Shown here: positions 1-11,043 of the stretch, one piece after another | How the letters are laid out: the number at the start of each line of letters is the position of its first letter | Numbering within the stretch: the first letter of the stretch is position 1 | Assembly (NCBI RefSeq): GCF_006345805.1 | Contig: NC_043010.1 | Coordinates: 33,170,001 to 33,234,000 of the forward strand | Length of the DNA: 64,000 nt | Source of the DNA: Octopus sinensis | Taxonomy: Eukaryota | Direction: 5' to 3' | The notes under the pieces: model-generated | Told to the model about the DNA's origin: nothing | The model's input: the letters and a program-made list of their open reading frames with translations, nothing else | Database searches by the model: none | Program-made: the position numbers and the translations under genes

Positions 1-1395
1 CTGTTCTTTACCAGGAAAGCTTGGATTATGTGGGTGGAATGAGCGGGCGCATTGTTGTTAAGTGGCTAATTCTTCACCACCCACATATTCAAACACTTTC
101 AATGCACACATGTTCAGTCACTTTTGGCACACAGCATCATGAAGGCAACACATAACTTCCTGCTAGTATTCCATATTGATTATTTGGCCTTGTGGTACCT
201 ATTCATGATGCACAATACCGTGGGAGTCAAAGAAACCGGTCAACATTACCTTCACATTGTTGCGAACCTGTTGTGCTTTTTAAGCCTTGATGATGACATA
301 TGCATCCATTGGGAAGACTGGAACTTGATTTTTGAATCATAACCATAAACACGTCTCATCACCAGTAATAATGGTCTTCATAGAATCTGGGTTGTGATTT
401 GCACAGTGCAACATGTCTTGAGTGATTTTCATGCAGAGTTGTTGCTGTTGAGTGAACGGTCTTCATCCCAGAGCTCGCAAGATGGGAGAAGTCCGAAACG
501 TGGTCCTTTGCTATTCCTAAGACCCGCAGAAGAGGAAGCTGGTCAACCCCTGACACCGAGAGCATCGGTAGATGGATGAATGCGCATCCAGGCTCAGCGG
601 TTGCATAGGAAGTCGGGGACAAGAAACAGGAAGAAAGAGTGAGAGAAAGTAAGAACAAAAGAGTACAACAGGGGTCGCCACCACCCCCTGCCGGAGCCTT
701 GAGGAGCTTTAGGTGTTTTCGCTCAATAAACACACACAACGCCCGGTCTGGGAATCAAAACCACGATCCTCCGACCGCGAGTCCACTGCCTTAACCATTG
801 GGCTATTGTACCTCCTGCTTCTGCTGCTCAATCAGCCCCTTGGCGAATTTTGCTGAAACTCTCCACATACATAAATCTTCTGTTAAAATGGAGTTCACTG
901 ATCCTGTGCTTATTCCCCCTTTGTGAGCAATTTCCTGAATTGTTACGCGAGTCTTCTATGACTATGTGCTGAACCTTCTCAATTGGCTCCTTATTTCAGC
1001 TTATGGATGGTCTACCTGAGCATGCCTTGTTCTCCGCTGAAGTACAGCCATGTCTGAAGCGGTTGTACCACCCCTTGATCTGAGTTTTGCCCATAACATC
1101 ATCGCCAAAGGCCAGCTGAATTTTCTGGATGGTTTGAGCTTGAGTATCACCAAGCTTTTGGCAAAATTTGATGCTTGGTGTGTTCGGTCAGCTTATGTGA
1201 AAACGAGAATCCAGCGAGCATGCATTACACATCTGTATTCTAGGTATAACAGCTGAGAACTGATCTGGCCTACTGGTACAAAAATGTTCACACATGTGCA
1301 GGAATGGTGACCTATCCAAAGGATTTTGTCCGTGCGGCATTGGTTTTGGTGGGGAAAAAATGAAGTTAGATACTTTTTGAATGCACCTCATGTAT
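1..1395 (-). mobile_element. Decayed mariner transposon, interrupted by a SINE and running off the window start
   Basis: Minus-strand frameshifted translation gives KLGDTQAQTIQKIQLAFGDDVMGKTQIKGWYNRFRHG...SGRPS (mariner HTH), RVSAKF, QDMLHCANHNPDSMKTIITGDET and VKVMLTGFFDSHGIVHHE. A TIR-like TACATGAGGTGCATTCAAAAAGTATC lies at about 1370-1395. Confidence 0.85.
480..817 (-). mobile_element. tRNA-derived SINE inserted in the mariner
   Basis: Minus strand begins TACAATAGCCCAATGGTTAAGGCAGTGGACTCGCGGTCGGAGGATCGTGGTTTTGATTCCCAGACCGGG (A-box/B-box tRNA head). The mariner frame resumes on both sides. Confidence 0.75.
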
Positions 1396-1608
1396 TAAAT
1401 ATTTAATACATACATCACATAGTTACACTGGACATTCTGGAGCCTGTACTTTGTTCTTTCAGAGTTGACCATCTGTTATAAATTTAAACTACATGATTAA
1501 CTAAACAAATGGTAGTTATTGTACAAAGCCACAATAGGTTCAGACATAACTGTGTGATTAAGAAGTTTTACTTCACAACCATTTGACTTTTGGGTACAGA
1601 CCCACTGA

Positions 1609-1650
<42 letters not shown>

Positions 1651-1749
1651 AATTAAATTAGAGATAAAACCACTATTAGGTTTTATCTCTTTAATTTATA
1701 TTTATACTGTAAAATTAGATTTAATCCTAAATCTAATTTTTCCCTGTAA

Positions 1750-2022
<273 letters not shown>

Positions 2023-4792
2023 TGTTTAATCAGATGAATTTACAGCTGGGATTTTACTATTACCCCACCTCCACCCCACACCCTTTCAAAAATGGAGGAT
2101 TGAGAAGAGGAAGAAGAAACTACCAAAACACTTATTGTCAGCTAAAATAACAAACATTTTATTGTTTGTTTATTGTGTTCCACCCCCTTGGCTTCAGTAT
2201 GTGGAAAGTCTCATTTCTACCTTTATCATCACCACTATGTGCTGGCCTCCTAAACAGCACAATTTAAACAAGCGTTAAGTTCTCCATGAACCAACACAAT
2301 TCTAGACCTATTAGTTTTTTTTTTATTATTTCCAGTCCCCCTCCACCTCCAAACTAGTTAAAATTCTTTAAATCAAACCTAAACTTATTCCTCATACTTC
2401 TGTTTTTTTAATCTTCTATGTTATTTTTTTAACCACCTTTTTTTTTCCAATTTAAATCTAAAATTAATTAGTTATTTTGTTTATTTATTCATTAAAAAAG
2501 TTTTTGCAGTTACCCAAACAAGCCTTTAATCGTAGTTATTTTGTCACTATTGATAAATTAACAAGACTGCTAGTTTTTTGGTTTTTACTTTTTTTTTTCT
2601 GTCATACAAATCTTTTAAATTCACAACTATACTTATGTCCCATTAACAGTGCAGTGGGTTTTTTTTATATATATACACACATTTTTAAAACAACTATTCA
2701 TTTTCTTTAAATTTACCTCAAGTATAGATGTGGAAATCAATTTATTTGTGGGACAATGAAGAAAAGCATTAAAAAAATAAAATGAGAAAAAAGCCAAATG
2801 TCTTATTGTTCTTCTGTAGATGCATTAAATGTTAATTATAATTTATAGAATTTGACAGTGTAAGAAACATTGCTGTCTTTTTTTTTTTTTAAGCAATTAC
2901 ATTTATAAATACTTTTATCCTAGAAGACTCCAACCATTATGGCTTTCTTCTGCATACATCAAACCAATATCCCTATGCAGCCAAAACACTATTTAATATG
3001 TTGGTTTTGTGTGTGATTTTCATGCAAACAAAAATAGTTTTGCATTAGGCAACTTTTCTTAATAACTTCTATACAGATTTGTACAAAAATATCCCTTTTG
3101 ATTTCATTTTCAGATCATACAATGTACACATTTTATAGAAACTGAATTCTTTAATGTCATTCTTGATGCAACAGACCCCCACTTTATTACAGGATTAAAA
3201 TACTATTAAGTCAAATTACACAAAACAATTAAACATTTAGAAAAAGTTACACATTTGTTTCTAAAAGTGTAGTGTAACTGAAATTGCCCTAATAAGAAAT
3301 TCTAAATTAGAAATTTCCTTAAGATTAACACCTTCACCTCTAGATGAACAGGATGCTGAAGGCTGGTAGTAAATGGATATGAAAAATTTAGAACAAGCAT
3401 GTGTTTTTTACCAAGAACTAGCAACATAAGTAATCTTGGTTTGTGGAGAACTTCAACTGTTGCACTAATTACAACAATAATGATGCTTTATTAATTGTTT
3501 ATTTTAATAAATACAGAATTTTTTTAACAAATGAGAACAAAGAAAATATCACAGTGAGTGGGAATGCAGTGGTTTTGGTTGTTTTTTTTTCAGAAATTTT
3601 TCAATTCAAGATATCTGTAAATAGAAATAATCTATTTATTAAACTAATTTTAACTTTATTCTTGCTGAATTTAAACATTCTTGTGGAATGGACAAATCTC
3701 ATTTCAGAATTATTTTAATTCCACCATTTTATTTTTTATTTTTATGTCTTGCATCCTTCTTATATCCAACTAATAATGGCCTTGTCTAGCTGAAAATTAT
3801 TATACAAATAGATTAAAGACTGCAGCCGACTAGGGTGGTGGTAGTGGCAGGTTACTGATCTGAACTCTCAATCAAGTGGAAACAGTTGATTTATTCATGT
3901 TGTGGGTTGGACACTTGTAACAATGCATTCATTTGCAAACATTACAACAAAATTATTGTAATATTTCTGAGATTATCCTTTTAACACTTTTTCTTTTTTT
4001 ACATTGGTTTGCCTGATTAAAAATAATTTTTGAGGGTGGGAGGTATTTAAATATATAACACCATGTTTGTGTCACTGCCAGCTTCATATTGCTGTTACTA
4101 GTTTTTCTTTTTCATTTTGTAATAAATCTTGATGACTATTGTCACGTTTTCCATGTGAGGGACAGCATCCTATTATCAAGCAAACATCTTGGGATAAAGA
4201 AAATGTATATGAACAGTTATGCATACTGATAGTACATCCTTGCTTCCCTGCTCTTAATATATACATAAATGGAGATAGGGATGAAACCTAACCATTCGGT
4301 TTGCCAACTTATGCATTGCTGCTCAGCACCAGGTCTGGCTCTTGTGATACTATTTTATCTCAGACAACTACTGAATGATAGACTGTAAATGTTTTAGCAT
4401 ACTGTATTACTGAGATATAGCCTAGAACTTTTTCCTCTTGCCACTTGTAATAGCTGCTTGTTTTCATCATTTTGTTGCAGAATACATGAAACAATTCTCA
4501 TGTAAAATACAAAAAATTCTACCTTGAGATAGCAACTATAGAAAATGTTACAAAGATGATAATGTCGAGTAATTTTTCTTTCCCCAACCCCTTTTTTTTT
4601 AATAAGGTGTTTGTGTTTGCTCCTCTGCCCCCAACTAGATGTGCACCTTCTTTGTTTTCAAAAAGATAAATGAAAGCACAAGGTGTGTTGGCTGTTCAGC
4701 TTTCCAAGAACTGAAACAAATGGAGTGCAACTGCCTGTTTTTTTGCCTAGAGAGCAGAGAGATAATGAAATAGCAACAGTCCAGTAAATCAG

Positions 4793-4901
4793 CTATTGGA
4801 AATTTTTGCTGAAGTGGTAGTTGAGGGATTGAAATTGCCTTCTCCAAACCAACATGAGGAGACAAGTGTTCTGATGTTCATATAATAGGTATGTCATAAG
4901 G
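4793..4901 (-). CDS. PEMT-like gene, exon 7 (terminal): (N)LMTYLLYEHQNTCLLMLVWRRQFQSLNYHFSKNFQ*
   Basis: Acceptor ttttactttactag|, phase 2 matching exon 6. LMTYLLY aligns to PEMT PFTAEIY with T and Y conserved. An alternative phase-2 acceptor exists at 4746. Confidence 0.7.
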
Positions 4902-5050
4902 CTAGTAAAGTAAAACAAATGATTCTATCCAAAAATGAAGTCTTGGTCAGGTCTTAAATCTAGGCTTAACTACTTTCCATCAGTGTACCACTTTTACTTA
5001 ATAAGAAGTAATGTTAAATTTTAAATCTTCACAAACTGAGATATACTTAC

Positions 5051-5125
5051 TTTCTAATGTGCATTATCTCAATGTAACTGAAGCCAAGGAACAAGGTAAC
5101 TAACACTCCAGCTTGGCTGGCATAT
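5051..5125 (-). CDS. PEMT-like gene, exon 6: (I)YASQAGVLVTLFLGFSYIEIMHIR(N)
   Basis: ttcttttattacag| ... agaaa|gtaagt; 75 nt, phase 2-2, the same size as recalled human PEMT exon 6 (HASPTGLLLTVLVALTYIVALLYEE). Confidence 0.9.
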
Positions 5126-6904
5126 CTGTAATAAAAGAATTCATTATTTTTTTTCCTCATGTGATCCAAAGCGTGTTGGTTTATTTTATTTATATCAAAT
5201 TTCAAATAGTCTGTACTATGCATTATCTGCTTACACTTAATAATTTGTACTATGCATTATCTACTTACTTTCAATGTCTATTTGTTTTCTTAGAATTTGG
5301 GTGCAAATTATTTCCCTTCTGACTTGTTTCAATAAAAAAAAAAAATTCAGACCTTGCTCAATTTTCATAAAAGCCTGGAAGTCTCTTGTTATGGCTTACA
5401 ATAAACAGAACGTTGGTTACTTGATTTTTTTTTTTTTTATCTCTCTTTCCACTTTCTTTGGATTATATGCAGCAACAGTAAATGTTCACAATAGGAAATA
5501 CCTAGAGAAGGATGATTTCTCTACAAGGATTCCATTGAATAGCTCTGAAAATTATCACTATCAACAACATAAAATCAACCAGTTTCATAGTACTCTTTAA
5601 TTCACTCAGTACCACCAATTGTCTTCCTTGCTGCAGTTCTGTTGAAGGCAAAGATAATGCTTATATATGATTGATTGATTCTAGTTTCAGCTCACAAGCT
5701 GTGGCCATGCTGGGACACCGCCATATGTTTAGTATTGAAAACAAATTCCAAAACTTTGTGACAAATATGATACAGGAGAACCACAATGAGTGGGAAAAGA
5801 TCAAACTCATTCTTGCCTGATGAAATTTTGCTTACATAAGACATTATCAGGCCTGCAGCCTAGTGTTTAATGTAGGTTTCTAAGTCTGGTACTTGTTCTA
5901 CTGGCCTTTTTTGCAGGACAGCTAAGTTACAGATATTAACAAATCGGTACCAGTTGTCAAGAAGTGGACAAACACAAAGCCATATATATACACACACACA
6001 CACACAACATACAATTAGTGTCTACATAGTTTCCATCTATCAAATTCAATCACAAAGTTGCAAAGCAAACTTCTTAATCACAACCATTGTTTCTTCAACA
6101 TTTGAAGCCTTCAGGAAATGATTTATATGGTTTGAAAATGTGCACACATTTTCAAAATTAATTATTAGTGGAATACTTATAAAACAATTTCTGAAATTAC
6201 TTACTATACTGTATTCCCATAAACTGAAAGCATGAACAACTGAATTGTTGGTACTTCACAGTACCCCATAAACAGACCACAAATTACTAAACTGATAGTA
6301 GCGGTCAACAACTAGTGGTGCAATATGACACTGTTGAGTCTAACCACAATATTTCTAAAATTAGGTCAAACTCAAAAATCCCCAAAATTGGTGATGGTGT
6401 GCATCAATTTACTTCCCTGCATCAACTCTTTCTCTGTCAGACAAAGAATAAGGGTTTGAAACATCACAATTCTTCATTCCTCAAGGTAACTTATAGATAC
6501 CATTCCTTACAGTTTGCTAGCAGTCCTGAGTTCAATATTTATTGTGGGTAAAGCCTGCAGACAGATGGTTTCTTTCAAATTGATTTTTCTTTCCTATAGA
6601 TACACCACATGAAGATCAGAGATGTGGGGTTCATTAGTTTCATATTTAATACAATATAAAGATTCTAACATTTTTTACTAGAGGGAGCCAAAATAGTTGC
6701 AGTTTCGATGATAGGAAAAAAACTGACAAACCTATTACAACTGAGCAGATTGAGAATATCTGGCAGGTGATTGAAACTATGAACTATTCACTCAGTGTTC
6801 TGCTAGCCTACCATGCAGTTACTCTACTCCAGAAGTAGGAAGGACAAAGTTGACTTCAGCTAGATTTAAATAAATCTAATGCAATACTCTGTTGTTGTTT
6901 TCAA

Positions 6905-7105
6905 CCCTTTAGCAGCCAAATTGGCTATATCAGCGAAGTATTCTACCTGTTTTATGTTCAAACTGGCTTCTTACACCAACCCTACAATATCATTCTAAAA
7001 ATTAACAGCTACCTCAGCAAAATAGAAGATAATGCATAATTAATTCAAAATAGTGTGAATAAATAAGCAGTACATTTGACAGTAATCTGAATGCTAAAGA
7101 GTTAA
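6905..7105. mobile_element. MITE with CCCTTTAGCA...TGCTAAAG(A/G)G TIRs and T(T/C)AA flanks (piggyBac-like); copies at about 27845-28060 and 61716-62242
   Basis: Three similar copies of about 200 bp (the third interrupted by a CR1 fragment) with terminal inverted repeats aaccctttagca / tgctaaagggtt. Confidence 0.75.
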
Positions 7106-7432
7106 ATGACTTGAGAAAAGGCATTAACCATGATCCTTTTACAGGATTGCTCAGAGTAGACACCTTGTCTGAATGCTTGCAACAGAATGAATTTCATTAA
7201 AGGCATCCAAGAGCCTGTAGATAGTATTAAAGTGGGTAACATATTTGTTAACTACAATGCAGTGTTTTCCCAAGTGTCCCACCAGCTAGATATGGATGTG
7301 TGAAATATATATTTGTTATATTCATTTACCAAGGACTCTGCAAGTGAACTGATACCACTCCAGCAATAATTCAAACTCTACACTGTCCACAAAAATACAT
7401 TCTAGAAGAGATAGTTAAAATATTGAACTTAC

Positions 7433-7553
7433 ATTAATGATGCTCCTAAATACAAGAGACTATTTCCCAAAAACAATGTTGATTCAATACTAAGTAAACT
7501 GGCACAAGTTGGGAATCCTGGAGATGTTTTAGTGGCAGTTTTACTGGAAGGGT
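7433..7553 (-). CDS. PEMT-like gene, exon 5: (D)PSSKTATKTSPGFPTCASLLSIESTLFLGNSLLYLGASL(I)
   Basis: ttttttgttgatttcag| ... ttaat|gtaagt; 121 nt, phase 1-2. GFP and FLGNSLLYLGASL align to PEMT VFP and YWGSTANYLGWAI. Confidence 0.85.
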
Positions 7554-8769
7554 CTGAAATCAACAAAAAATATGTAAAAGGTATATTTTTAAAAAGCATC
7601 CTAAATAAATACAGTATTAAAGTGAGAGCGACATCTCAGAGAGCCATCCCTGTTGCACAATGGAAATCTTCATGCTCATGTCCTTGAAAAACATGAACAC
7701 TACAAAATCTCATATTCCTTTAACCTTATAAATCAGAGCAGTACTATAATAGAACCATGATGAATTGAACATAATAATACTGTGGTATGAGAGTAGCTGT
7801 GGGTAAGGAAATAAGGTGTGCAGAACAATACAGTAATTGAGTAAAAGTACATTACGGGAGCAAGACCTGAATTAATGAACGTAGAGAAGGCTGAAAAAAA
7901 GTGAGAATGGTTTGGTGAGAGAGAAGGGAAAGCAAACGATGACTTAGAAAAATAAAAGAGGACTAGTAGTGGATGTGAAAAGAAATGAGATGGCAAGGTC
8001 ATGTATTGAAAAAGGACAAAAGTGAATGAGTGAGAGAAATGATGAAAATGAATGAGGAAGGGTGAGAAGAGTGACAAAGTAAAAGATGGAGGAGACGAGA
8101 GTAAGGTAGGTTGTAAAGGATATGGTAAAATAGAGAAGACTGCTTTAGCAGAGAAATGGCTTTAAATTACTGTGGTACAGTAAATTAAGTATACTGAATG
8201 TTGTTATAATATGTGAAATTGAACAGAACATTATAATATGGACACCAGAAAAGTAAGCTGCAGATTACAGGAAGACAGTGCAGTGATTGAAACTGTAGTC
8301 TGCTGATTTAGAGTGTCATGTAAAATCCTGTTGGAATTCACTTTTCATCCCTCTGAGGTCAATAGGAATAAGAAGTAACAGTGATATAAGAATGGATCTT
8401 AGTCAGAACTTCAGGCCAGTAGAATTCAGTTATTTGATAAACTGAAGCTTAGTGTGTAAGTGGCTTAATATTCCAGACAGAAACAGCACTAGGTTGGGCA
8501 GATGCCATCCATCTGATGAGCTGCCATGCAGTTTCCATTTCCTCAGTTTTACTCATAATACATGGGTCAATGAGAGGTTAAAGTAAAAAGACACCTGTTC
8601 AAGATGCCATGCACTGAGATTGAACCTAGTATTTTATTACTAAGAAATGAACTTCCTAAACTATTCAGCTATACTGCTTCTAAACCAGTTATATACTGGA
8701 GTAAATCCAATCAACTGTTTCTAAATAAAATATTGATCGGCAACAGAAATTAATATTTTAAGCAGGATC

Positions 8770-8976
8770 ATAGACACACTCTAGCTTCTGACCCACTGGT
8801 ATGCTGTCTCTGCTCTGTTTTTTCCATTGCACCAATAGTGGCCTCTGTTCCCAGAGCTGGTTGGTTTCATACCACCACCAATCAGACACTCCTAACCCGC
8901 TAATCTCTCCACTTCTTATCATCCTTGCCCCCAGCACTATAATAAACACTACCCCCAGTCCTTCCTCCCCATAACA
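8770..8976 (-). mobile_element. Possible solo LTR remnant related to the Gypsy LTR at 20502
   Basis: Minus strand starts TGTTATG...GAAGGACTGG like the 20502 LTR and shares a (CAG/CTGA)TTGGTGGTGG motif; similarity is patchy. Confidence 0.3.
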
Positions 8977-9304
8977 TCATTTCTCTGGAACCTTCTCATT
9001 GCTCATGTTTGTCCTGCTGCTGCTGTTGACCTGAAACAGTTTAAACAGAAAATTTACAGTATCAAGCTTATCAGTCTCAGAGGGCCTGCAAAGGCCATGG
9101 AGCATGCCCTCTTCCTCCAAATTTACTAATTAAAAGAAATAGAAGCAATGTTTCATGTCCCGTTGTCTTCTATTTTAACTGAAACCAGTAAATTATTAAA
9201 TGCATCAATTTAATCATCTAACCTAAAGAAGACTGTCTTGCTGTTACATTAACCCTCTCTTATATGACAAGTGTAAGTTTTTAGAAAAGATATAGTTTTC
9301 TTAC

Positions 9305-9450
9305 CTTTCAAAATATGAGATATTTCCAAAGACTTAATTCCATGGTGAATATGACAGACTCCAATCAAGATGAAGAAATATCCAGTAAGAAGAAACATAT
9401 TTGACTGAAGAAAACTCCAGTGAGGTTGGTCAGCAATCAATTTCAAGAAC
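9305..9450 (-). CDS. PEMT-like gene, exon 4: FLKLIADQPHWSFLQSNMFLLTGYFFILIGVCHIHHGIKSLEISHILK
   Basis: ctaattgatag| ... gaaag|gtaaga; 146 nt, phase 2-1, the same size as recalled human PEMT exon 4. Ungapped alignment conserves F, QP, L, G93, G100-V and L111. Confidence 0.9.
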
Positions 9451-9696
9451 CTATCAATTAGAAGAAATAATAATGAATATGACTGAAGCTTTCAGTACTC
9501 ACAAGAAATAATAAATGGCATTCATCTTTGGAGTTAGAAAATATTACAACTCCCAACAGTTGTTAACTCACAACAAGGATCAAGTGAGACACTCAATGGA
9601 ATATTATTGCCCCATCTAGAGCTAAACATGAGTGCCCTAGACCATATAAAAAGATAGACTAGTAGACTGATTGCTATAAAATTACTAACTTATAAG

Positions 9697-10000
9697 TGCA
9701 GGCATGACTGTGTGGTAAGAAGCTTGCTTCCAAACCACATGGTTCAAGGTTCAGTCCCACTGCATGGAACTTTGGGCAAGTGTCTTCTACTATAGACTCA
9801 GGCTAACCAAAGCTTTGTTAGTGAATTTGGTAGAAGGAAATTGAAAGAGGTTCATCATATATATGCATATATATATACGTCTGTGTGTGTGTGTCTTTGT
9901 ATCTGTCTGTCCCCCACAACTGACAATTGGTGGTGGTGTATTTATGTCCCTGTAACTTAGCAGTTCGCCGAAAGAGAACAATAGAATAAGTGCCAGGTTT
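9697..10000 (+). mobile_element. tRNA-derived SINE, family A (copies at about 26150, 36895, 59648 and 63585)
   Basis: GACTGTGTGGTAAGAAGCTTGCTTCCAAACCACATGGTTCAAGGTTCAGTCCCACTGC head, repeated several times in the window. Confidence 0.85.
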
Positions 10001-10259
10001 TTAAAAAAAGTGGTGCTGCTAATATTAAACAGACCTCATGAAACATGTGTAGAAGAGAAATTTGGAACTTATATAGTAAGTATTAAAATAAAATTCTATG
10101 ATATGGTGTGATGTATATTAGGATTTGATGAATTGCATGGGGACTTCTATCTCTAAATAACATATATATATGTAAGTATGATAATTGCTTCAGTCTTAAT
10201 AGTTTCACTATATATATATTATATACATAGTGAAACTATTAAAACTGTAAATATTATCT

Positions 10260-10480
10260 CATTACAATAGAGATGTTATTCTTTCATTTTTAACACATAA
10301 TACTGAAATAGTCTAAGGGATAAGAAATTGCTCCAGGCTCGCATCAGGCAAGAAGTTGAAAATTGTTTTGGTTCATAACACTGCATAGACCCTAAATAAG
10401 GCATGCGTAAAATTTAAATGAAATCAGTTGTGTAACTCAAGAGTTTTAGTGATGCACAGACAGAGTCTCAGTTTTATACA
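10260..10480. repeat. Dispersed repeat of about 200 bp; second copy at about 48060-48235
   Basis: Shared CACATAATACTGAAATAG...GGCTCGCAT(C/T)AGGCAAGAAGTTGAA...AAGGCATG(C/T)GTAAAATT blocks. Confidence 0.7.
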
Positions 10481-10942
10481 TATAGATTATGTTTGCATAG
10501 CAAAGTACCACATACCTACAAATCATTAATGTTTACATACCAGCCCCTAGGAATGCATCTAATATGTAAATTGGTATACCCAATAACTTAACTCTGCTGT
10601 TTGCGATGGCTATATAAGCAATGTGTTCAGAGACAATAGTGTGTTGGATAAGTGCTGAAGAAGAGTAACAACTCCCTGAAATACAGTATATACACTCGTT
10701 ACCCATTTTTGTCTTTGATCACATTGTTTGTTTACATCTGATGTCTCGATACGAAATGTAGTAAAAGCAGTGTTGGCTATAGATACAATAGAATATCTGT
10801 AGAAATAACCTTAACAAAATATTACCATATTTTTTTAGCAGCCACACAATCACATCCTCTCAAAACAACCTTTAATACATTAACATCTTACTAGCACTCA
10901 ACTTATTTCATAAGAGAATTTTGTAAAAAAAGCTTAAGTTAC

Positions 10943-11043
10943 CCAACAAACGATGGTACAAGAAGTACAGCTGTGGCCAATGCATAAATCAGATCACCTT
11001 GATGGCTATTTTTCAATTTTTTCTTCAAAAATATTGTACACAC
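10943..11043 (-). CDS. PEMT-like gene, exon 3: VCTIFLKKKLKNSHQGDLIYALATAVLLVPSFV(G)
   Basis: ttttttttttttag| ... gttgg|gtaact; 101 nt, phase 0-2. YALATAVLLV aligns to PEMT YSLSVTILLL. Confidence 0.88.

Noticed and set aside
2023-4792. Overlapping convergent 3' UTRs of ELOC and the PEMT-like gene
   Set aside because: Candidate AATAAA signals (plus at about 2775 and 3505; minus at about 3890) allow non-overlapping ends, so overlap is unsupported without RNA data.
4741-4890. Frame with three in-frame TGA codons suggesting a selenoprotein
   Set aside because: The same frame has a TAG just upstream, there is no SECIS evidence, and it is antisense to PEMT-like exon 7.
7430-7690. Plus-strand open frame of about 85 codons (YINDAPKYKRLF...)
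   Set aside because: No start or acceptor; it is largely the antisense shadow of PEMT-like exon 5.
7733-8130. 114-aa hydrophobic minus ORF
   Set aside because: GA-rich low-complexity sequence; the same applies to about 28880-29230.
9503-9680. Additional open minus-strand exon candidate between PEMT-like exons 3 and 4
   Set aside because: Phase 1 start does not fit the phase-2 junction, it would leave a 52-nt intron, and PEMT has no counterpart.
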